Of a DNA stretch of 55,725 nt, positions 49,321 to 55,725 are shown one piece after another (within the stretch, counting starts at the first letter, position 1; every line of letters begins with the position of its first letter). Origin of the DNA: a virus (Duplodnaviria > Caudoviricetes); the IMG/VR virus record IMGVR_UViG_3300040808_001540, positions 1 to 55,725 of that record. One strand, written 5' to 3'. The notes beneath the pieces were generated by a model. The model made no database searches and was not told the DNA's origin. It saw only the letters and a program-made list of their open reading frames with translations. A program made the position numbers and the translations under genes.

Positions 49321-49765
49321 AAAGAAAAAGTTTCTTGATTTAAAAGCAATGTTACGTGCAGTAGACAAACGTGACAAGGACTGGTATAATAAACTTAGCG
49401 ATGATGATAAAAAGTTATTTGCTCCGTTTATTGCTATGCGTTACGTAAGCAATGTAAAAGGTGATAGGTTTTTTCAAGAACATTATTTAGAAATGACAAA
49501 TGAGTTTGTTAACAAACATCATTGGACTCTAAGCAAAAATCATAAAGGCTTGCTTTGGAAACTAATGGCAATGTGTGGTGCGTATGAAAACTTTTTTCAT
49601 CAGTATGTAGCGGCGCCAAAGAAACAAGCAAAGAATAAATTTGAACAATATCTTTTAGATAAGAATCCTAATATGAAGGTAGATGATGCAACAACCTTAT
49701 CAAGTGTTATGTCAAAAAGCGAACAAAAAGAATATATGGAAGAACAGGATCCAAATGCCAAGTAG
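49313..49765 (+). CDS. gp62: Clamp loader small subunit (gp62-like); start revised to ATG 49313
   Basis: L..L.A.D.R, F.PFI.MRY.S, .NE..N pattern of gp62-family proteins; replication context. Confidence 0.6.
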   Translation: MAEKKKFLDLKAMLRAVDKRDKDWYNKLSDDDKKLFAPFIAMRYVSNVKGDRFFQEHYLEMTNEFVNKHHWTLSKNHKGLLWKLMAMCGAYENFFHQYVAAPKKQAKNKFEQYLLDKNPNMKVDDATTLSSVMSKSEQKEYMEEQDPNAK

Positions 49766-50438
49766 AGATTTTGAATGTGTGCATTGCGGCAAAGCGTTTC
49801 AAAAAGAAAAAACGCTGATTGCTCATGTGTGCGAGCCTAAGCGTAGACATCTACAAAAAGATGAGAAGCGTGTTCAAGTAGGCTTTTTAACATTCAATCG
49901 TTGGTATCAACAAGTACAACGTTCAAAAGAAAAGACATACGAAGACTTTTGCAAAAGCAGTTATTACAATGCGTTTGTAAAGTTTGGTAGTTTTGTTACA
50001 AATGTAAGTTGTATCTATCCTGAAAAGTTCATTGACTTTGTAATTAAAAGCGGAGTTAAATTAGATCATTGGTGCAGAGATGAACTATATGATACATATC
50101 TATTTGAAATGATCAAACTAGAACCAGTAGAAGGTGCAGTAAGAAGATCTTTACAAACAATGATGGAGTGGGGTGATAAAAACGAAGCACCTTATAATGA
50201 TTACTTCAAGTATGTAAATCATAATAGAGCAGTTAACGATATTAGATATGGACGCATAAGTCCTTGGTTGCTGTTAAACACACCTGCTGGTATTGAACTT
50301 GTTGGTAGTTTTAATGATGAACATTTAGAAATTGTTGAACCTGCTTTGGATATTTCTTTTTGGAAAAAACACTTTACAAAAAATACAGAAGATGTTAAAC
50401 TAGTAAAAGAAATTATAAAGGAAGCAAATATACTTTAA
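49755..50438 (+). CDS. Zinc-finger-containing hypothetical protein; start revised to ATG 49755
   Basis: FECVHCGKAFQKEKTLIAHVC (C2HC/C2H2-like finger); its TAA overlaps the ATG of the mini-DnaE. Confidence 0.65.
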   Translation: MPSRDFECVHCGKAFQKEKTLIAHVCEPKRRHLQKDEKRVQVGFLTFNRWYQQVQRSKEKTYEDFCKSSYYNAFVKFGSFVTNVSCIYPEKFIDFVIKSGVKLDHWCRDELYDTYLFEMIKLEPVEGAVRRSLQTMMEWGDKNEAPYNDYFKYVNHNRAVNDIRYGRISPWLLLNTPAGIELVGSFNDEHLEIVEPALDISFWKKHFTKNTEDVKLVKEIIKEANIL

Positions 50439-51022
50439 TGCCTGATATTGATTTAGATTTTTTTGATCGTGACGCAGTGCTTGAAAAGTTTAAGCACGTT
50501 AAAGCATCACGAGTTGAAAAGGGTGAATTGAAAAAACATAATACAGGTGTTTACTTTCATGACGCTCCTATAAATCCATTTACAGAACTATGTACTATTG
50601 ATCATAAAGAAGCAGACGAGCGTGGCTACTTTAAAATTGACATGCTAAATGTTCACATATATGAAGGTGTGAGAAACGAAGAACACTTAAATACTCTACT
50701 AGCCAAGGAGCCATTATGGGAATTACTTACAGAACCAGAATTCAGCAACAATCTATTTCACGTCGCAGAACACAGTACAATATTAAAAGAAATGAAACCA
50801 CAGAGCATAGAACAACTAGCGGCAGTACTAGCAATTATCCGTCCAGCGAAGAGACATTTGCTTGGGAAGAAGTGGGATACGGTGATGAACGAAGTGTGGA
50901 CGAAACCAACTGACGGAAGTTATTATTTTAAAAAAGCACACGCAGTTGCTTATGCTCATGCAATAGTTGTACACATGAACTTGTTGTGCGAAATGGTAAG
51001 CCAACAAAGGGCAGGATCATGA
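50438..51022 (+). CDS. Miniature DNA polymerase III alpha (DnaE)-like catalytic core, 194 aa
   Basis: PDIDLDF, KHNTGVY, GYFKIDML, EQLAAVLAIIRP and YYFKKAHAVAYA are colinear with DnaE PDFDVDF, KHAGGVV, GLVKFDFL, EDMIALVALFRP and YGFNKSHSAAYA. Confidence 0.85.
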   Translation: MPDIDLDFFDRDAVLEKFKHVKASRVEKGELKKHNTGVYFHDAPINPFTELCTIDHKEADERGYFKIDMLNVHIYEGVRNEEHLNTLLAKEPLWELLTEPEFSNNLFHVAEHSTILKEMKPQSIEQLAAVLAIIRPAKRHLLGKKWDTVMNEVWTKPTDGSYYFKKAHAVAYAHAIVVHMNLLCEMVSQQRAGS

Positions 51023-51255
51023 TTCCAGAAATGCAAAATCCAAGACCACCTAAAAAACCTAATTTAGGTAGTTGGCCTTTTTGGAGTTCACCAGAAGAGT
51101 TGGCATTTGATTATGTGCTTAAGATTGCACTTTTTTTGGTTGGTATTCCTATGTTGTTTGGAATAACATATACACCGGTTGGACTTTTTATCAATTATCT
51201 AATAATTGATTACATCATATACATACAGTATAAAAAGATTACTTCAACTTTCTAA
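51019..51255 (+). CDS. Small membrane protein; start revised to ATG 51019
   Basis: ATGA overlap with the mini-DnaE stop; two hydrophobic segments. Confidence 0.55.
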   Translation: MIPEMQNPRPPKKPNLGSWPFWSSPEELAFDYVLKIALFLVGIPMLFGITYTPVGLFINYLIIDYIIYIQYKKITSTF

Positions 51256-51619
51256 CTAACTGAATACTTTTACGCTTTACACGTTTTTGTGCAATGTCGT
51301 GTAGTCTAACAACAGGACCAAATAGTATTTCAACATCTTTAGTATTAAAACTTTTTATCATGTGTTTAAAGTTTTGCATTTCACGTTTCATAAAAATGTT
51401 AATAGGAATTTTTCTATTTGATTCCCACCACCATACTTCACCGCATTGCAGTATCAGTTTTTTCTCCTCGTCGGAGCAATTTGCTAGATCGTAGATGCTC
51501 GTTACAGCATGATCTTGATTGATGATAATACCTACATACTCGTTAGATGCATGTTTTATGCCGCTTACGAACGGTATTGTTTGTTCTAAATCTTCGTTTT
51601 TAATAGTCATGTCTTTCAT
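51239..51619 (-). CDS. Hypothetical protein; start probably 51619 or 51610
   Basis: PF.S......EYVGII.N.D....SIYD, WWWESNR.IPINIF, basic C-terminus; the longer start would overlap the next gene. Confidence 0.65.
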   Translation of the reverse strand: MKDMTIKNEDLEQTIPFVSGIKHASNEYVGIIINQDHAVTSIYDLANCSDEEKKLILQCGEVWWWESNRKIPINIFMKREMQNFKHMIKSFNTKDVEILFGPVVRLHDIAQKRVKRKSIQLVRKLK

Positions 51620-51626
51620 ATAAATA
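51619..51626 (+). promoter_or_regulatory. T4 late promoter TATAAATA for the 51647 gene
   Basis: Exact consensus 20 nt upstream of the ATG. Confidence 0.65.
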
Positions 51627-51646
51627 CAATTGGATGACACAATGAT

Positions 51647-52453
51647 ATGCTCAAAGTACCAATATATATTTATGAAACCGGTAGTACCATTTACAGTGAT
51701 TTGGACACCGGAGTAGAACAAGGATATGCACCTATGTATCAGAATGATTTAAAGGTTTTTAAAGGTGTCGCAAACACCCTTAAATTTACAGTAAAGAATC
51801 AGGATCAAAAGCCTATTGACATCAGTTCAGGCAACACGTTTAAATTTACAATACTTGACAAAGAAAACGGCGCAAGTTTCCTAAACAAAACAATGACTGT
51901 GGTAGATGACGGTAGCACACGTTCTACACGTGGTGTAGTTACAATTGATTTAAACGAAAGTGATACAATTGATCTAGTTTCACAAATGTATAGATTCAGC
52001 ATTACAAGAACTGTGGATAACAAAATTAAACCAATGTATGTAAACACCTATCATGACGCATGTGGAAGAATAGAAATATTAGATGCATGTTACGCTATGC
52101 ATGAGGCCAGTGATGAAGTTACAACGTTTTCTGAAACCACCGATCCCGACACACAAGTTTCAAGTTATTACAGCAGTCATATAAATGCTAACGCAAGATT
52201 AAAACGTGCAAATGATTTACACACAGTTCAATATTATACTACCGGATATGATGGTACTATTGAACTAGAAGCAACACTAGATAATCAACCTAGTAATGGA
52301 ACAGATTGGGTAAGTATCAAAACTATCACCCTATCAAATGCAACAGTTAATGATTACTTCAATGTAAATGGAGTATACAATTGGCTAAGAATTAAGCATA
52401 TTCCTTCCAATTCGAACACAGGAACACTTGACAAAGTACTAGTAAGATCGTAA
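51647..52453 (+). CDS. Probable virion structural protein (BppU N-terminal-like beta domain)
   Basis: KG..NTLKF.VKNQDQKPIDIS, G...I.L...DT.DL....Y.FSI; late promoter. Confidence 0.55.
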   Translation: MLKVPIYIYETGSTIYSDLDTGVEQGYAPMYQNDLKVFKGVANTLKFTVKNQDQKPIDISSGNTFKFTILDKENGASFLNKTMTVVDDGSTRSTRGVVTIDLNESDTIDLVSQMYRFSITRTVDNKIKPMYVNTYHDACGRIEILDACYAMHEASDEVTTFSETTDPDTQVSSYYSSHINANARLKRANDLHTVQYYTTGYDGTIELEATLDNQPSNGTDWVSIKTITLSNATVNDYFNVNGVYNWLRIKHIPSNSNTGTLDKVLVRS

Positions 52454-52456
52454 AAT
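52428..52456 (+). promoter_or_regulatory. Sigma70-type promoter for primase, probably leaderless
   Basis: TTGACA (52428-52433), 17-nt spacer, TAAAAT (52451-52456), ATG 6 nt later with no SD. Confidence 0.75.
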
Positions 52457-52462
52457 ACTAGT

Positions 52463-53473
52463 ATGAATCTGATACAACAAACATTACTAACCGCCTTACC
52501 TCCGAAACATAAGAAAACTCCTAGTGGGTGGACTAGTTTCAATGCACCATGTTGTGTGTATAATGGAGAAAATGCAGACAAACGTATGCGTGGCGGTATG
52601 ATGCATAACACAGATGGTACAGTGAGTTATCATTGTTTTAACTGTGGATATACTGCAAGTTATGTTCCAGGTAGAAACATATCATACAAGATGCGTAAAC
52701 TACTTGGCTGGCTTGGTGTGCCAGATTCTGAAATAACAAGACTTAGTCTTGAGGCTTTAAAGATAATACAAACTGAATCAGATTCATCAGAAGAACACTT
52801 TATTACGCCTACGTTTCAGAGTAAGGAACTGCCAGTTGGAGCAAGACCAATTATGGAATGTGCAGACTGGAAGGCACTAGAGCCGTCAGGGTTGGATCCA
52901 GATTTATTTGGAGCCATTGAATATCTTTTGAGTAGAGGCCTGATGATAGATGATTATAATTTTATGTGGACACCGGAAGGTTCCTATAAGTCAAGGCTAA
53001 TTATTCCGTTCTATTATCAAGGGGACATAGTCGGCTACACTGCGAGAAAGATAGGAAATGGCTCCCCCAAATATATTACAGACAGTCAACCAGGATATGT
53101 GTTTAACTTAGATAGACAAAACTACTATAGACGTTATTGTTTTGTAGTAGAAGGACCTGTTGATGCAATTAGTATAGATGGTGTTGCTGTGTTAAGTAAT
53201 GACGTTAAAGACACACAAGCAACACTAATAAACAGTTTACAAAGACAGATTGTTGTAGTTCCTGATAGAGACAAAGCAGGTGCTGACCTTTTAGAAAGTG
53301 CATTGCACTATGGCTGGAGTGTTAGTTTTCCTGACTGGGACGATGATATAAAAGATGTAAATGATGCTGTACAAAAGTATGGTAGAGTATACACTATGAC
53401 AAAAATTATCAACAGCATTGAAACTAACAAACTTAAAATAGAACTATTAGCGAAAAGTTATTTTAATGATTAA
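52463..53473 (+). CDS. gp61: DNA primase (Zn ribbon + TOPRIM)
   Basis: PCC...YHCFNCG Zn ribbon, YL.SRG, RLIIPF...G.IVGYTAR, KY, VVEGPVDA, VPDRD.AG, KDVND. Confidence 0.9.
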   Translation: MNLIQQTLLTALPPKHKKTPSGWTSFNAPCCVYNGENADKRMRGGMMHNTDGTVSYHCFNCGYTASYVPGRNISYKMRKLLGWLGVPDSEITRLSLEALKIIQTESDSSEEHFITPTFQSKELPVGARPIMECADWKALEPSGLDPDLFGAIEYLLSRGLMIDDYNFMWTPEGSYKSRLIIPFYYQGDIVGYTARKIGNGSPKYITDSQPGYVFNLDRQNYYRRYCFVVEGPVDAISIDGVAVLSNDVKDTQATLINSLQRQIVVVPDRDKAGADLLESALHYGWSVSFPDWDDDIKDVNDAVQKYGRVYTMTKIINSIETNKLKIELLAKSYFND

Positions 53474-53993
53474 GATCGAAAATGCAATAGCAAATGACAA
53501 ATTGAAGTTGTTGGAAAGTAACTTAACTAGTAATCTTACACCGTGGACCTATAATCACAATGTAGCATACGGTGAAGGTAAAATGCAGTATGGATTCAGT
53601 ACAAATGTATTTGAAGATAACAAAGTTGAAAATCCTAGTCTTGCAGTTTTGCTTAATCCTGTAAAAGCACTACTAGGAGATATTGATCTAATACGTTGCC
53701 GTGTTGGGTTTATATTTTATTCAGGACAACAGCAAGATGAATATCACGATCCGCATGTTGATTTTGAATTTGAACATAAAACTAGTTTGTTCTATGTAAA
53801 CAATAGTGATGCTCCAACAGTGTTTTACAACGAAAAATATCCATCTAAGAACACTAAATTTACAGTCAGAGATGTAGTATATCCAAAAGCAAATACGCTA
53901 ATTACATTTGACGGACTTGAATATCACAGTAGCAGTAGTCCACGAAATCCTGGACACAGGCTTGTGGTAACATTTAATTATAGAGGTGAATAA
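53466..53993 (+). CDS. 2OG-Fe(II) oxygenase
   Basis: PHVD, LFYVNNSD.PT.F, PKAN....FDG..YHSSS.P....R.V..FN; paralogue of 27772-28380. Confidence 0.8.
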   Translation: MIKIENAIANDKLKLLESNLTSNLTPWTYNHNVAYGEGKMQYGFSTNVFEDNKVENPSLAVLLNPVKALLGDIDLIRCRVGFIFYSGQQQDEYHDPHVDFEFEHKTSLFYVNNSDAPTVFYNEKYPSKNTKFTVRDVVYPKANTLITFDGLEYHSSSSPRNPGHRLVVTFNYRGE

Positions 53994-54781
53994 TGTTTGA
54001 ACTTTTATATGCTTGTGGCGATAGTTTTACACACGGAATGGAAATTCTAGGTGATTGTAATGTTAGTGAAGAAAACAAGTATCATGCATATCCAATGCAA
54101 ATAACAGATGAACTTGGTATAGCAAATAATATAAACAGTGCATTACCAGGCGCACCCAATGAATGGATTGCAAGAACAACCATTCTTGATCTATTAAAAC
54201 TACAAACAGAAGGACAGGATCTGTCCAAAGTATTTGTAATTATTGGTTGGAGTGGAATCAACAGATTAGAAATTACGGCCAAAGAAGAAATTAAAAATTT
54301 AAAGAAAACAGGCGATTGGCCACCACTTGGAATGGTGTCAACTGAAATTGAAATGTTTGGAACAAACTTTGTGAATCCAAACACAACCAAATGGGTTAAA
54401 GATGGCAACGGTGATTTAATTTGTAACTTCGGTGATGATGCACAAATGTTTTGTGCTCAGTTCCTTTGGGACGAGGACCTAGAACATGAAAAATGGTTTG
54501 GATATATCATGGCTGTAAAAAGTTTTTGTGAAGCAAACAACATCAAATATTTTATGCACAATAATGTTCATGAATGGAACAGATCATTAAAAATAAGACC
54601 TAATTTTTTAGTTGATACTGTGTTCGGCAAAGAGTATTATAAATTTGATACATTTAGTTTCAGTCAATGGGCAAAGCAAAAACACAGTTACGGAAAACGC
54701 AGAGAAGGTCATTATAGTAAACAAGTACATACAGAATTTAAAAATTTAGTACTACCTTATATTAAGGAACACATTCTATGA
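53993..54781 (+). CDS. SGNH/GDSL hydrolase-like protein
   Basis: GDSFT.G.E, N.ALPGA.N..IAR, VIIGWS...R.E, C-terminal GHY....H. Confidence 0.7.
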   Translation: MFELLYACGDSFTHGMEILGDCNVSEENKYHAYPMQITDELGIANNINSALPGAPNEWIARTTILDLLKLQTEGQDLSKVFVIIGWSGINRLEITAKEEIKNLKKTGDWPPLGMVSTEIEMFGTNFVNPNTTKWVKDGNGDLICNFGDDAQMFCAQFLWDEDLEHEKWFGYIMAVKSFCEANNIKYFMHNNVHEWNRSLKIRPNFLVDTVFGKEYYKFDTFSFSQWAKQKHSYGKRREGHYSKQVHTEFKNLVLPYIKEHIL

Positions 54782-55542
54782 AAATATTATATGCAGTAGG
54801 AGATAGTCTAACCGCAGGTGCTGAGTGTATTGCTGATGAAGATATGACAGAACAAAATAAACAACATGCATACCCTATGTATGTTGCAAACAAATTAAAC
54901 TTTGATGATTGTATTAACAAAGCATTACCTGGTGCTACTAATGAATGGATCGCTAGACGTTGTGTACAAGATCTTGAAGAACTAAAACGCAACGGAGAGG
55001 ATTTAAAAAATATTTTTGTTGTTGTTGGGTGGTCGAGTATTAACAGGGGTGAAGTCAGTATAAAATCTATTAAGGATAGTATTGAACACGATCAAGATTT
55101 AAAATTAGAGTTTACATCTAGATTAAAACATGCTGAAATGAATTTTTTTGAGACATTGTTTATCAATCCAAATTTAAATCCTAGTGCAGTCAAAGGTGAT
55201 GGTGATATTTTTATTGAAACTTGTTACGAAACTAAAAACTTCTTTGGTAAGTATATCTGGGATTACGAATTAGAATACGAAAGATGGTATACTAATATTT
55301 TATTTCTTAAAAATTATTTACAAAACAATGTAGGTAACTTTTTATTTCATAATAATATACATCCATGTGAAGTAAGAAGCAGTTGTTATGATTTTATAAA
55401 CTACTACGATCCTACTGGAGAAAGTTTTAATGAATGGGCAACAACAAATAATTATAACAGAATGAAACTATTTCATCCTGTTGAAAAAGCACATGGCGAT
55501 TATAGTTCTTTGCTTTGCAAATATATAGATGAAAACTTATGA
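54778..55542 (+). CDS. SGNH/GDSL hydrolase-like protein (tandem paralogue)
   Basis: GDSLTAGAE, NKALPGATNEWIAR, VVVGWS..NR.E, HP...AH. Confidence 0.7.
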   Translation: MKILYAVGDSLTAGAECIADEDMTEQNKQHAYPMYVANKLNFDDCINKALPGATNEWIARRCVQDLEELKRNGEDLKNIFVVVGWSSINRGEVSIKSIKDSIEHDQDLKLEFTSRLKHAEMNFFETLFINPNLNPSAVKGDGDIFIETCYETKNFFGKYIWDYELEYERWYTNILFLKNYLQNNVGNFLFHNNIHPCEVRSSCYDFINYYDPTGESFNEWATTNNYNRMKLFHPVEKAHGDYSSLLCKYIDENL

Positions 55543-55652
55543 AAAAATATTGGATAAAATTAAAAATTTGGTATGCTAATTGGCAAACTAAAAGAGCATT
55601 AAAAAAGAAACTTAAAAAATTACAAGAGAAGGATCCTTTTATCTACAAATGA
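55539..55652 (+). CDS. 37-aa basic peptide ending DPFIYK (not in ORF track)
   Basis: ATGA overlaps at both ends; MKKYWIKLKIWYANWQTKRALKKKLKKLQEKDPFIYK. Confidence 0.65.
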   Translation: MKKYWIKLKIWYANWQTKRALKKKLKKLQEKDPFIYK

Positions 55653-55725
55653 TGAATGATACAACAATACGCTGGGGTATAGTAGCAAACAGCCACGATG
55701 CCAGTTTGGCTGTATTTAAAGGTGT
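55649..55725 (+). CDS. 5' end of a NodU/CmcH-family carbamoyltransferase (truncated by window)
   Basis: MMNDTTIRWGIVANSHDASLAVFKG matches the N-terminal GI....HD.S.A motif; only 25 codons visible. Confidence 0.65.
   Translation, partial: MMNDTTIRWGIVANSHDASLAVFKG

Noticed and set aside
49755-50438. Upstream Zn-finger gene as the missing N-terminal half of DnaE (YGRISP resembling GRGS)
   Set aside because: The match is too weak and the rest of the DnaE segment (SLVAY.L.IT..DP, FERFL) is absent.
11813-51721. Longest-ORF starts at 12985, 14779, 30520, 42477, 44464, 49235, 49683, 50986 and 51721
   Set aside because: They overlap neighbouring genes or promoters; downstream starts have an SD, a promoter or stop/start coupling.
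136-54992. Short ORFs antisense to or nested in long genes (e.g. 136-402, 9771-10118, 23229-23573, 43439-43855, 54082-54408)
   Set aside because: They overlap well-supported genes, lack motifs and translation signals, and are explained as shadow frames.
1-55725. tRNA/rRNA genes, CRISPR arrays, reverse transcriptase/DGR, integrase or IS elements, stop-codon reassignment
   Set aside because: Intergenic gaps are mostly very short, no such motifs were seen, and genes tile densely in the standard code using TAA, TAG and TGA stops.
1-55725. General avoidance of 4-bp palindromes
   Set aside because: GATC, GTAC, TGCA, GGCC, CCGG, GCGC and TCGA all occur; only AGCT and GCWGC appear depleted.

Overview
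AT-rich segment of a large T4-like (contractile-tailed) phage genome, most likely from an aquatic/marine bacterial host; no tRNA, rRNA, CRISPR array or mobile element is evident. Left to right: two large Ser/Thr/Gly-rich virion appendage proteins; a minus-strand operon joining neck/tail-completion genes (gp14, gp15) to NUDIX, hldE, a 2OG oxygenase, hldD and a cupin; gp13, dNMP kinase, HNH protein, an enlarged tail sheath, tube, baseplate-tube junction, gp4, terminase subunits and putative internal head proteins; gp32-uvsX-uvsY; a 16-gene glycosyl/methyl/pyruvyl-transferase cluster; uvsW, yhhQ, gp62, a 194-aa miniature DnaE (Pol III alpha) catalytic core, primase, and an SGNH/small peptide/carbamoyltransferase module cut by the right edge. 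The strongest leads are: the miniature, probably split, C-family polymerase; late-promoter-driven heptose/glycan genes suggesting virion glycosylation; a fixed TAAATA-N5-ATG (leaderless late) promoter architecture; apparent strong avoidance of AGCT and GCWGC; and an A9G slippery site plus a 22-bp direct repeat inside a putative head polyprotein. All family calls come from motif recognition by eye; no database searches or counts were run.
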